From Squatina squatina (taxonomy: Eukaryota), in the NCBI GenBank assembly GCA_031763465.1, contig JARFOE010000016.1, positions 7,438,754 to 7,472,895 of the forward strand: a stretch of 34,142 nucleotides of DNA, given 5' to 3'. Each line of letters opens with the position of its first letter. The stretch's first letter is position 1. The position numbers were made by a program, and so were the translations under genes. This document shows positions 11,080 to 23,426 of the stretch, one piece after another. Below the pieces are notes generated by a model, which did not search any database, was not told the DNA's origin, and saw only the letters and a list, made by a program, of their open reading frames with translations.

Positions 11080-11860
11080 ATGTGTGTGTGTGTATTTTAG
11101 TCAATGCAGCAGAGCCTGGTCTCCAATCTTCTCGGACCTCCTTGCCATTGAATCAAGACCTTGCTCGGCCAAGACCGTGTGGTAGACAGTGCGCAATGGC
11201 CACCCCGTGGTAAAAGAATTCACGCACAGGCATCTTCCACCCCTTCAAAATTACCTGGAACATCAGGACCCTCATAGACAACCCCAACTGCGACTAACCC
11301 GAACGGCGCACCGCCATCATCGCCCGGGAACTCATGCGTTATGACATTGACATTGCTGCCCTGAGCGAAACACGGTGGACAGGAGAAGACCAGGTCAAGG
11401 AACAAGGTGGCGGATATACCTTCTTCTGGAAAGGTAAACCAGAGCAAGAACACCACCTCCATGGGGTTGTCTTCGCCATAAAAAGCGAACTAGTCGGGCG
11501 CCTTAGAGAGTCCCCTTGCAGGATAAACAAATGCCTCATGACCCTTCGACTCACCCTAACCCGGAATCAGCACACCACGGTCGTCAGTGCATACACCCCA
11601 ACCTTAGAAGCAACGGACAATGGCAAAGAAGAATTCTACTCCAGCTTTGAGCAATCACAGTCCCATTCCCAAAGGGAGACAAGCTGATACTTCTCGGCGA
11701 TCTCAATGCTCACAGTCGAGAAGGACGCAAACCTCTGGAAAGGCACAATTGGCATGGAAGGAGTCGGGAAAACAAACTCCAACGGAGTCCTCCTCCTGAC
11801 AAAATGCTTGGAACATGACCTTGTCATAACCAACACCTTATTCCGTCAGAGAGACAAGTA
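11080..11860 (+). mobile_element. RTE-clade LINE 5' end, copy 2
   Basis: RYDIDIAALSETRWTGEDQVKEQGGGYTFFWKGK...GVGKTNSNGVLLLTKCLEHDLVITNTLFRQRDKY. Colinear with copy 1. Confidence 0.9.
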
Positions 11861-11881
11861 TTGGTACCAGGCATTGGTACC

Positions 11882-12049
11882 TACAGGCAAAAAAGAAAAG
11901 GAGGTGGGGTAGCGCTGCTGGTTAAAGATGAGATTAACGCAATAGTGAGGAAGGATATCAGCTCAGATGATATGGAATCTGTATGGGTAGAGCTAAGAAA
12001 TACCAAGGGGCAGAAAACGTTAGTGGGAGTTGTATACAGACCCCCAAAC
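11882..12049 (+). mobile_element. CR1 LINE endonuclease fragment abutting the RTE copy
   Basis: RQKRKGGGVALLVKDEINAIVRKD...ESVWVELRNTKGQKTLVGVVYRPPN, a typical CR1 APE segment. Confidence 0.85.
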
Positions 12050-12149
12050 NNNNNNNNNNNNNNNNNNNNNNNNNNNNNNNNNNNNNNNNNNNNNNNNNNN
12101 NNNNNNNNNNNNNNNNNNNNNNNNNNNNNNNNNNNNNNNNNNNNNNNNN

Positions 12150-12340
12150 CCTTTCTCTGCCTCTGTGCTTGCTCAAAACCTATTACATCTGTAACATTTT
12201 CCACTTTAAGATAAAAGGTCACAGACCTGAAACGATAACTCTGCTTCTCGCTCCACAGATGCTGCCTGACCTGCTGAGTATTTCCAGCATTTTCTGTTTA
12301 TATTTCAGATTTACAACCTCCTCAGTATTTTGCCTTTTGA
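12150..12340 (+). mobile_element. Penelope-like element terminal repeat with a decayed minimal hammerhead ribozyme
   Basis: Hairpin aggtc-aca-gacct followed by GAAAC, then cacagatgctgcctgacctgctgagtatttccagcattttctg, which I recall as a common shark repeat tail. Confidence 0.6.
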
Positions 12341-13802
12341 ATTAGTGGCCACATTGAAATGTTTGTCTGATGCATTGTTCATCATAAAGAAGAAAAGTGG
12401 TTATGAAAGTTATATTCAGTTAGTGTTATACTGGTTGCATTAAGTGAGAGATTTGTCAAAATAAAAATAAGATGGAAAGCCTCTTTATTGACTGTTTGCG
12501 ACAAAAAATGTCAGCCACACTCTAGAAAAAAAGCACTATTACCCACAGTGATACATTGATTAGTTCTAACAGTAAATCAGCTGCAGTAAAATAACATTAG
12601 ACTTTAAACATAATTGCTTTCTGTTGTTAATTTGTATTACAATTAATCAATAGAACACAATGGAAAGTTGGTCATTATCAGGCTTTTAAAAAAAAATACC
12701 ATAATGGCAAATAATTTATTTATATAGTTGGTTCAATCGAAATATTGTTACTTGATTCTTGAAAGAAGATTATTGGTATTAGTCATCTTCAGATTTTTTT
12801 GGGGGTTCCTCTATTACCTAAAAACTTCTGCAACTTTCTAAGCCACATCAAAGTGTACATTTTAAAATACATTTCTCTGGAACTTGGGAATCAGAGTAAA
12901 TAAAAGATGAAAATTGTGATGTTTGTTTCCTCCTGGCCACTGGTGGCGCTGTCCCAGGAAGTCTCAGCCCTGTCACTCCTCCCGTGCGGCANNNNNNNNN
13001 NNNNNNNNNNNNNNNNNNNNNNNNNNNNNNNNNNNNNNNNNNNNNNNNNNNNNNNNNNNNNNNNNNNNNNNNNNNNNNNNNNNNNNNNNNNACATTACTC
13101 ACGGGGTTGATACCAATTAATCCTACAGGTCATGCCCACTGAAATTCCCAAGTTCAAAATCTCATTGGACAGCAGCCAATGTCAGCCTAATGAAAGAAGC
13201 AAGTGCGGTGTCTCACTCTATTCAGCATGATTGGGCTTTAAACTAATCGGTAATCTAAGAGTCGCATACTGCATACTTTGTGCAGGTTCACATTTATTTT
13301 CTCTGGACGTAAAATAATTTAGTGCTTTGCTGCATCTCCTTTTAAAATCCTCTAACAAAACCAAAAGCATCTTAATGAGACTGTGAGAACTTTGTCCCAT
13401 TAATCAAAGAAATTACTAAATTAATTACATTCTTATCAAAGAAAGGCTGAAAAAATGATCTTGTCTCAGATCTTTTCATAAGCCGTACTTAACTGTCTCC
13501 CCACTGCTGGCTGAAATTCTAGTTCTTTATTTACATTACATTTCAGCACGACAATTTTCTGTCGTGGCAAGTGGAGCAAGACAGTAAAAAAAAGCTATTA
13601 CATATTGCAATTGCTGAGCCAGGGAACTTCTGTTATAGAACAAATCAGGACTAAAATTAGAATTTCTCCATTCTGATCTGAAAGAAGATTCAGATCAATC
13701 TCACGGCAGGGAAGCACACCGGGAAGCCGAGTGTATTTATTCTTATAAAATCTACAAGAACAGTCTTAACCCTAACCTCCCACACTGGCTTCGTTACATC
13801 GA

Positions 13803-13909
13803 GTCTACGGCACAGAAACAGGCCATTCAGCCCACCTGGTCCGTGCCGGTGTTTCTGCTCCACACGAGCCTCCTCCCACCCCTCTCCATCTCACCCTATC
13901 ACCATATCC
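13803..13909 (-). mobile_element. CR1-type LINE/SINE 3' tail
   Basis: Reverse complement ends ...gggctgaatggcctgtttctgtgccgtaga, the shark CR1/HER1-like 3' stem-loop tail. Confidence 0.7.
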
Positions 13910-15187
13910 NNNNNNNNNNNNNNNNNNNNNNNNNNNNNNNNNNNNNNNNNNNNNNNNNNNNNNNNNNNNNNNNNNNNNNNNNNNNNNNNNNNNNNNNNNN
14001 NNNNNNNNNAAACCATATGTTAGATGCCAAAAGCACATTTGAACACATTTGTAAAGGAAAACACTGGACATTACTCCTGAACGAATCACTATAAATGATA
14101 ACACTGTACGTTAAACATTATATAAAAGCTTTTTTTTTTCAGACCTTTTCAAGGCTAATAAATGTTTATTGCATATTGAAATTAACTACATTATATTTGC
14201 ATTATGATTACCGTTTGGGGTGTCATTTTGTTAGCATCACTCTCTTTTACAATGAATAATGGCTTATTCATATCCTCACCATAGATTTAAAAACCCATTA
14301 TTGATGTGCTATGTTTCTTTCACATTATTATCGGTGGTGATAGGTTAAGTGTTCGGAAGTAGGGAATATTGAAATAAATCTCAGTGTAAAAAATACCACT
14401 GAAGTAAATAAGGCTTAAGCAAGCCTTTTAGTTTTGTTCTGTTTTCTTTGATTCTACACTATTGAAAGGACAGACCTATTGCATTGGGTTGTGGTTCATT
14501 CTTGTTTCATGGAATTTGTAATGGCCAAAACAAGTCTATTCTGGTCAATGCAGCAGCTGTCCCTGACTCTTAAGTATAGTGGCTATACACCACCATTCTA
14601 CTGGAATCCATTTCCCAATGACATTTGTAGAAAATAGGCAATTCCAATTTTAATGCAGGTGCTGCTGGCTGAAAATAATTTTACTTCCTCTTTCGAGTTG
14701 TACTCCTTTCATGTGCAAGTATGATCTTGAAATATATCATTTCCTATTCTCATTGCCATTTGGAGATGNNNNNNNNNNNNNNNNNNNNNNNNNNNNNNNN
14801 NNNNNNNNNNNNNNNNNNNNNNNNNNNNNNNNNNNNNNNNNNNNNNNNNNNNNNNNNNNNNNNNNNNNNNNNNNNNNNNNNNNNNNNNNNNNNNNNNNNN
14901 NNNNNNNNNNNNNNNNNNNNNNNNNNNNNNNNNNNNNNNNNNNNNNNNNNNNNNNNNNNNNNNNNNNNNNNNNNNNNNNNNNNNNNNNNNNNNNNNNNNN
15001 NNNNNNNNNNNNNNNNNNNNNNNNNNNNNNNNNNNNNNNNNNNNNNNNNNNNNNNNNNNNNNNNNNNNNNNNNNNNNNNNNNNNNNNNNNNNNNNNNNNN
15101 NNNNNNNNNNNNNNNNNNNNNNNNNNNNNNNNNNNNNNNNNNNNNNNNNNNNNNNNNNNNNNNNNNNNNNNNNNNNNNNNNNNNNNA

Positions 15188-15595
15188 ACTTGAAAGTGAA
15201 TTCATAAGGGAACTGGGGAGAGTTATTTCCACAAGTGATGATAAGAGTTGTGGGGTTAATGGAAGGTAAGGGATGTAGGTGGTAATTGAAAAAAGGCAAT
15301 TGTCAGAGGTAAACTTTGGGAGTGGAGAAACCACGAGACGTGGCAAGATCCAAGGGATGACTGTGAGTATGTGTGTGGGAGTTTGTGTGAAGACTGAGAT
15401 TGGGTGATGATAGGAAGGCAGAGAAGTCAGATGGGAGGAGGATAGGGAAATTTAGATGATTATTGAAGTCACTGAGGATGAATTATTTGGTGCATATGCT
15501 AAGGGAGAAGAAATAAAGGTTATTTTGACGAGGAAGCTTGAGAAGATGGCGCATGACTAGAATTTTAATTGGGTGGCAGGAGGGATGAAAGAACA
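15188..15595 (-). mobile_element. Probable old L2 LINE ORF2 remnant
   Basis: G/A-skewed plus strand like the other antisense L2 fragments here. No intact motif, so weak support. Confidence 0.35.
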
Positions 15596-16051
15596 TAAGC
15601 AGTCCCTCTGATTATTTTTCTACAGTTCCTCCTTATCCTCAAGCTCTGGAGGGCAAGACAAATTCCAGGATTGCCCATCCTAATATTTTAGGGTACTGAT
15701 AATGTGTTTATGCCCTCCAAAATGCTATGAGATGAAAAAAACAACCAAACCACCCAAAAATCAAAAACATTACAAAAAAAGGTCAAAAACAAAAGAATAA
15801 ACAAATATGCCAAGCAAAATGTAAAAAAAAAGTAACAATGCAATTATTGGAGAAATGATCCAGAAACTAGCACAACCCAGCTTTAAGAAAAAAATTCAAG
15901 AAAGGGCCTTACACCACTGTTAGGTTTATTTTTGTGGCTTCTGAAAATAGTATCAAGAAGACTGTTTAGAAAGAGTACAGAACATATTACACTGAGTGAA
16001 ACTCTTCCTTGTACAATGATTCATTAGCCATTTCTTTTTTCTATTTCATGA

Positions 16052-16195
<144 letters not shown>

Positions 16196-18083
16196 TGAGA
16201 ATATCCATTCAGATCATGTAAAAATGTCTCTAGAATTTTAAAGTCAAACAAAAAACTTTAAACAAATAAATGACATTCTATTCAAAATGCTTATCTATGA
16301 TGTTTTAAATGTTTGGTTCTGAACTTCNNNNNNNNNNAATAGGTAACTTGGCTGTGTCATTTCTTCTAAAAACTTTTAAAGTTGGGTGAAACTTTTGTCT
16401 CTCAAAGTCTCCACTTTTCTTTTTAGCTTTTTCCCATTATAGCCTTTTGACATCACATATCCTTTTTCAGCATTGGGAGCAGTGGGAGACACCAGTCACA
16501 GAGAACTGACAGAAAACTGGTTGGGTGTGGTGGGTGAATCAAAATAATTCACTGATTAGTATTGGGTAAGGATAACCATAGGATTCCATACTTTTCCACC
16601 ATTAGAAAGAGATTTTATTTTCTCAAATCCTACTACTCCCAACACAGTCATGCATACCTCATGTGATATGCATATGTTATACAGAATTGCCCTTTTAATT
16701 AAGTAGAGCTGATTGACATCGACCATGAAATAACGTCACTATTTTCTAATCTAGGTCGATTTGGGAGGCATTTTCACAGGAGAAAATAGATTTTTAACAC
16801 TTTATTTGGTACATTTTTAGCATTTTGGAGTAGACATACTGATGAATAATATACATTGTGGTAACCAAGTATTAGAAAAATAATATACTGGTTTCTTGGC
16901 ATGAGTTTCAAGTTGTTCTTATGCCTGAATTGCTCCCCCAAATTCCTTGTGTCTTTTTCTTTTTTTCCCACTTGAATCTAATTTCCTTTATTTTGGTAAG
17001 TGGCTGACCCTGTTTCTTTCACCTTTCTATTAACTATTCCTGTTCATTTTCTGATATATCTGGCTTACTATTTGCTTAGCAGTCCCTGTTTGTGTGTTTC
17101 CTCCATAATGTCTTAGTCAACAATCTTCACTTCTTCATTGCCAAGCTGTTATTTTCTTTCTGATCTATTTCTTTTTAACTATTATGGCCCAACCTGCTTT
17201 GGGAGAATCCACACTAATCACAGGACCCATGGAATTAGTATCTTCATAACTCAACACACTCAAGGGGACAACTGTTTGTAGCAATTTCCTCACTTGTGTT
17301 CCTTGCATTAGATCTCTCCAAATCTCATTCTCTTGTGTTCTTTGNNNNNNNNNNNNNNNNNNNNNNNNNNNNNNNNNNNNNNNNNNNNNNNNNNNNNNNN
17401 NNNNNNNNNNNNNNNNNNNNNNNNNNNNNNNNNNNNNNNNNNNNTAAATGTCCACTGCCATTTTTCCCATCTACATACCTTTGTGTTCTTTTTGCTGAAA
17501 CAGCTTATAAGTGCAATTGCAGGAATGTAATAGGAAGGTTATGCTGGGATTTCAGAATCCTAGAGCATCACTCATAATAATTCAATGAGAGGTTCAAGGA
17601 ATGTCAGTTTTTGTCCAGTTTGTATTCTTTGAGGTATCCTAGTGGACATTGTGTCTCAAAAGTCACAAACCTATTGATGTATTGAACATAACCAGGATCA
17701 TGTTTAATCTCTCTTATGGATCCTGCAAGACCAACTGGTAAGAGATGAAGTATACCGTCACTTACTAGAGTCAGGAAGACCACACCTATATTTACAAGTA
17801 ACAAAGGAACACTCTGTTCCAATATAGTGTCTAATGACTGTCATGCATTTTACATTTCAGTTGATTGCAAAGGACCACTTTATGGAAAGAGTTGAGGAAC
17901 TGTAACCCAGTGTGAGATGAGGTGGTTGCAGTGATAGTCATCATCACAGCACTTAGTTTACCTATCATGATTTCATCTAATAGNNNNNNNNNNNNNNNNN
18001 NNNNNNNNNNNNNNNNNNNNNNNNNNNNNNNNNNNNNNNNNNNNNNNNNNNNNNNNNNNNNNNNNNNNNNNNNNNNNNNNNNN

Positions 18084-18160
18084 AATCAGATCAGCCATGA
18101 TTTCATTGAATGGCGGAGCAGGCTCGAGGGGCCGAATGGCCTACTCCTGCTCCTATTTCT
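18084..18160 (+). mobile_element. CR1/HER1-type LINE 3' tail
   Basis: gatcagccatgat...gaatggcggagcaggctcgaggggccgaatggcctactcctgctcctatttct. Confidence 0.8.
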
Positions 18161-18169
18161 AGTTCAATG

Positions 18170-18325
18170 TAGGTCTTCAAGAATGGGTGATGGGTGAGGG
18201 AGGACCTGGTGTGATGTAAGATGCGGGCAAGAGAGTTTTAGATGAAGTGAAGTCTGTGGAGGGTGGAAGGTTGATCAGTAGAGCATTGGCATGTTCGATT
18301 CTGGTGGTGACCACAACATGGATCA
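18170..18325 (-). mobile_element. L2 LINE ORF2 fragment
   Basis: Minus strand reads IHVVVTTRIEHANALL...NSLARIL, matching the L2 consensus IHAFVTSRLDYSNALL...QNSAARIL. Confidence 0.65.
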
Positions 18326-18589
18326 GCTCCAATAAGTATGTAGAAATACTGTATACAAAATGCTACACTTTAGGCATGTTATTCATTGAAACAATCTTAG
18401 CAGACGCTTGTGATGAATTCAGATGAGCTCCAAGTTGTAGTGGCTCAATAACGCTTTAGAAATGAGACCCATCTCTCTGTCCTAATTCTCAATGTCAAGG
18501 AAAGGTCCATTTGTAGCTTGCTAGATAGTTATATTTTTGAAACTCTTTCTAACATCCTAATTTCACAAGTGTGGGATTCATCTTAGTTA

Positions 18590-18716
18590 TACGAACCATG
18601 GTAGACAGGTAAAGACCATCTAGCCGTGTCCCACACAATTGCAATACTTTGTGTATCACAATATATACACTCTCGAGCCCACCTGAAACCGTGTGACCTG
18701 AGAGAGGAAAAAATAA
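18590..18716 (-). repeat. Interspersed repeat, probably a CR1-type 3' UTR
   Basis: gtagacaggtaaagacc...gtcccacacaattgc...gagaggaaaaaa resembles antisense LINE tails. Recalled, not verified. Confidence 0.35.
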
Positions 18717-19404
18717 ATTTGTAAAAAATTAAAGTTCATATTTTCCTAGTTGATTACCAAAGATGAAATTCATCCATTACCATTTTATAAATATTCATAT
18801 GTTTGCTCGCAATAATGTGTGAAATTTCACTCTCAAATATACTGTAGTTACACTGTATATTTCAACAATTAATAAAATATAAAGTGTAGCGGGTACATTT
18901 TATAACCTGCTTCTGGTATTTAAAGGAAGCACAGCAGAGAAAAACAATTTCTGAGCAACATGCTGGGTAATTGGTATGCATTAAATATCTTGAATTACTT
19001 ATGGTTGCTGCATTTAATTATTGAACTCCAGATGCCAGAACGCTCAGCAGAATTTTTCTTTTCGACCAACTGCTGGGTATCAGGTTAAATGAGTTGTCCT
19101 TTATATCAGATATACAAATGGCAGACTTAGTCTAAATGAAGACCTCTGAATACGTGTGACTTTTTATTCCCTTGGACCACTAGAGTTGAGAGTAGAGGCT
19201 TCTGCCCATAGAAAATCTTCAACAGGTTTGATTTTACACTTTAAGTTGAAGTGCTAGAAAGCAATGTAAACGACTCCTAAAATACTGGACTGTAAGAATG
19301 CTGAACTGTAATAACAATCATGCATTTACAAGGAAATTAAATTGCCTCACAATTCTTAACTATTATAAGTGGTAACATCTTTAAACTCAGGGAAGAGAGA
19401 CAGA

Positions 19405-19993
19405 GGCCCCAAAATTCCTGGGCTGCAGGGAGGGTGAAAAGATTCCCCCCACCAAACCCCCTGCCGAGAGAGGGGGCAGCCAAACATTTAAGGTAAAATC
19501 TGCTGGGTTTTTGTTCAATTTACAATACCCTTTAAATTCTAGTGGGAATATTTTCCACCAAGGCCCCTATGTCAGGGGAGTATGCCTGGGCCAGCACCCA
19601 TAAGAAATTCCACCAATAAAAGTCCTCAGGGAAGTCATGCCAGTTGAGAACTGTAAAAAGATCCCCAACCTTTACTAGGGAAAGATAAATCCATCCCAGA
19701 ATGTATTAATTATTTTCCCAAAGACGCCAGCTTGTTCCATTCAGAGAATATGACTGAAAAGCAGAGTTTCTTATTAGGCCCTTACCAGGCCTCCTCACTG
19801 TCAGAATAGCACCACTCCCAACTGGCAGCTTGGGGCAAGCACCATTTAAGCATCCTGACAGTTGCAATGTGTTCATTTCAGGGAAGCAAATGTCCTTCTC
19901 CTTGTAATTTGGGATGGAATCTGCATCTTTGCACATGGGCAGACAGGGGCTGTGCTCTGCTGCACTTGAACTGCCTACAGGAATTTCAGGGCC
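19405..19993. mobile_element. 589-bp non-autonomous DNA transposon with TIRs and a 3-bp TSD (Harbinger-type)
   Basis: ggccccaaaattcctg / caggaatttcagggcc match at 14/16, with aga on both flanks. Confidence 0.8.
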
Positions 19994-20694
19994 AGATATT
20001 CTCTGCAGTCTTCCCATCCTTAATAGCGTGGAGGTAGTTCCATGATATCATGTGCTGCCCAGGGCTAGTTTTCACTGCTGCCGTTCATGGTATCACATGG
20101 AGGGTGTGGGGTAGGATGGGGGCTAGAAAAGAAAATTAATCCATACATGTACACTAAAAGTATGCTGACTGGCAGCCTCTAACCAGCAAATCTGAAGCAC
20201 AAAGCATAGTTCAAGGATTGGCTAAGACACACAGGCTGGAATACACACATCATCTTTTGTAGCTTTTATGAATGAAGAGTCAACACAGTGGACTATACAT
20301 CCCCTTTATGGAGCCAGTTAATTAATCCTAAAACATGGAAACAGCTGTGAACGTCAGACAAAAACTTTAAACTTTGGCTGGACAAATCTTTTACCTAGTA
20401 AATCCAGCCAAAATTTAGTTTTTGTTTTTAACTTAAGAGCTTTAGAAATTGCTGTGTACTGGTTACATAACAAAATGATTTTACAACTTGCTAGAACACG
20501 AAGTCCTCTCACCGTATCTGGTGGATTTTTAATGTGGAACCTTTGTAGCTCATTGCCACAGAGCCAAACATCATCTCACCAAGCATGTTACCATCCGAGG
20601 AGGGTCGAGAATTCTGGAAAGTCAAATGAATAAAAATTAACACCCCAACATCTATTTAAAGATGACTTAAAACAGAGAGTACTGGTTAGAAATT

Positions 20695-21197
20695 GGCCCT
20701 GAAATTCTGGTCGGAGACTTCCCGTGGCGGAAGTCTCCGACTGGGAAAAACTCTACGAAATTACCTGGTGGTCCGGGAATTTCGTACTCTTCCGGTTGCA
20801 GGCCCAGATTCGAAGCCCTGTGTAGAGGCCCAGGGATCCTATCTATGTATACGTACGCATGCCCAGCCAATCAAGGCAAGTGAATCCCCATTCATAGTAA
20901 TGATGAGTTCCGTAGATTCGGGATCATCACTACCATGAACAGGGCTACCCCCAAAAACATAGAAACTTTAAAAAAAATTACGCATTTNNNNNNNNNNNNN
21001 NNNNNNNNNNNNNNNNNNNNNNNNNNNNNNNNNNNNNNNNNNNNNNNNNNNNNNNNNNNNNNNNNNNNNNNNNNNNNNNNNNNNNNNGCCCTGGAGTAGC
21101 GCATACCGGGACGGCCGGGGTGGGGTGGGTGCCGGCAAGGAAATGCCGGCTCCCGCCCCGTACGCGTTTCCAGCGCAGTGGGAACCGATTTTGGCTC
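20695..21197. mobile_element. CpG-rich non-autonomous DNA element(s) spanning a gap
   Basis: Begins ggccctgaaattc, the same terminus as the 19405 element, and has a perfect 13-bp subterminal hairpin. The post-gap GC-rich part ends gattttggctc and may be a different element. Confidence 0.65.
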
Positions 21198-23379
21198 AAA
21201 AGTTCAACAGAGACATAATAACATTTTAACTTGATATAACAAGCCTGTGTCTGACACACTTAAAGCAGTTGGTCATACTTGATATACAATGTGTGTGTCA
21301 CTCTTACATTTTTTTTGGCTTAAATTTCATATTCACAAAACTGCAACAAAACACAACTGGTAGGAGACGTGGCAACGTATTAAATTAAGACTCACCGCAA
21401 GAGACCATTGGAGATCGGCTAGCATTACCAAAATAAAACCATTCATTAAGAAGGTGTCAGCTTCACACATAATAAAGAAACTCACTATTAACAGTGCACA
21501 TCCTGCCTATTATTTAGTATTGAGAACTCAATTTAATATTTTTGCATTGCTGCTCAGCCTATTAGTATACGTTTTTGGCATACATTTTTCCCTTTGCAAG
21601 CAGTTTTTTTTAAGAAATGGGAACTAGTTTCTGCAAATGTTCTTCGATGCTGGGAGTAAGACATCTTAACAGTTTTGGAGTAGGCAGTTTTTGAAATGGT
21701 AAAACATTTAACGTATTTTAGTGCTTTTGTAATGACTCCAGTGAGATTAATCATCCAGCATTATAAGGTCAAAAATATTTTGTATCTACAAAATGTCTTC
21801 CATCCCTAAAGCAACAAGAATCCTACAAATCAGCCTTTTAGCCAAGAGAATAATCTGGAATAAAGATTATACAAAGGGAATGATGCCCTGGATTTGCTGG
21901 CACTGGTCGTGGTTATTTTACTGCAGTGCTGCAGTCTCTGAATGGGTTTGAAACTATATTGACACGTCATTTAAATATTTATATAGTGCCTCACTGCATT
22001 GTGGTTTAAAGAATGCAAAGTAATTTTTTACTGAAGCAGAGAATGATCAATCCTGCATGTAAACTAGTGGAATTTGCCATTTGTGGAAATTATAAACAGA
22101 AATTCCAAGACTCTCCAAAATGTATATATGTTAGAAAAATGAATAAAAGGAAAGAAAAAATAAATCAGTTCTTCATTTTTGGTGCAATGTGGATTGATAG
22201 TGATCGATACAGAAATAATAAATTCTTGTTCAGAAAAACAAAGATATTAACACATAAGTGCACCAACAGCTAGTTCCTGTTTAATGTTAGGTATTGTAGC
22301 CTAAACAATGACATCTGTGGCTTTCTTCCATGTGGAACCTCAATATATGTCTGAAAAAAATCGGAATATTAATTTCATATATTGGTGTTCATACATCAGG
22401 TGCCACTTCAGAAATGTTTCTTGAGATTAGACATATCCACCTTAATATCTTATTTCATAAAGACCATTTGGAGTTTTGGGATATAAAGATATGCAACAGC
22501 ATTCACATACAAATCTACAGATAAGAAAAGATTAGTAGAAAAAAGAAACAGTGACATAACACATTGAAGTTCTCAAAATGATATTAGCAGCCTGCCTTCC
22601 CTCATTAACTCTGCTATTTTTGTAGAAAGCTAATGGTTTTGATGTTGTCAGACTTATCTGCTACCCATCTGTTATTATGAGTTAGATGAATATAAAATAT
22701 GGTAGGCTAACATTAAAGAAAATCTCTGGGTTCCACATCATATTTAATTTTCAGTCTGCAGCTTGTACTACTGTGACATCATCNNNNNNNNNNNNNNNNN
22801 NNNNNNNNNNNNNNNNNNNNNNNNNNNNNNNNNNNNNNNNNNNNNNNNNNNNNNNNNNNNNNNNNNNNNNNNNNNNNNNNNNNNNNNNNNNNNNNNNNNN
22901 NNNNNNNNNNNNNNNNNNNNNNNNNNNNNNNNNNNNNNNNNNNNNNNNNNNNNNNNNNNNNNNNNNNNNNNNNNNNNNNNNNNNNNNNNNNNNNNNNNNN
23001 NNNNNNNNNNNNNNNNNNNNNNNNNNNNNNNNNNNNNNNNNNNNNNNNNNNNNNNNNNNNNNNNNNNNNNNNNNNNNNNNNNNNNNNNNNNNNNNNNNNN
23101 NNNNNNNNNNNNNNNNNNNNNNNNNNNNNNNNNNNNNNNNNNNNNNNNNNNNNNNNNNNNNNNNNNNNNNNNNNNNNNNNNNNNNNNNNNNNNNNNNNNN
23201 NNNNNNNNNNNNNNNNNNNNNNNNNNNNNNNNNNNNNNNNNNNNNNNNNNNNNNNNAATCATTGCTGACAAGACTTGTCAGTTCCGTGCTGTTCCTCACT
23301 TGCCACTAGAAGGAAATACTGTAATCAGGGAAACGTAACCACACTTCTATCACAAACCCTTAGGTGTCATATAAATTAG

Positions 23380-23426
23380 TATGTCTGTGTCTCTATATCT
23401 GTGTGTGTGACTATGTATATATGTGT
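23380..23426. repeat. Degenerate TG/TA microsatellite
   Basis: tatgtctgtgtctctatatctgtgtgtgtgactatgtatatatgtgt. Confidence 0.5.

Noticed and set aside
10339-11100. 253-aa ORF joining RTE endonuclease to an E/P/G-rich tail
   Set aside because: Bridges a gap of unknown size, and the tail is a translated G-rich repeat.
12933-12952. CTCF-like motif tggccactggtggcgctg
   Set aside because: Only the 3' half aligns without a gap. The core CCASYAG spacing is off by one base.
14709-15346. Long ORFs in the supplied track that run through N stretches (also 22686-23338 and others)
   Set aside because: Artefacts of translating assembly gaps.
17604-17822. Minus-strand ORF with ILHLLP, reminiscent of ZIP transporters
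   Set aside because: No further ZIP motifs or splice context. A short chance ORF.
19689-19709. ATC CAT CCC AGA ATG TAT TAA (IHPRMY*), resembling the human TAFA1 terminal peptide IHPRT
   Set aside because: No adjacent AG or pyrimidine tract precedes it, and it lies inside the TIR element at 19405-19993. Probably coincidence.
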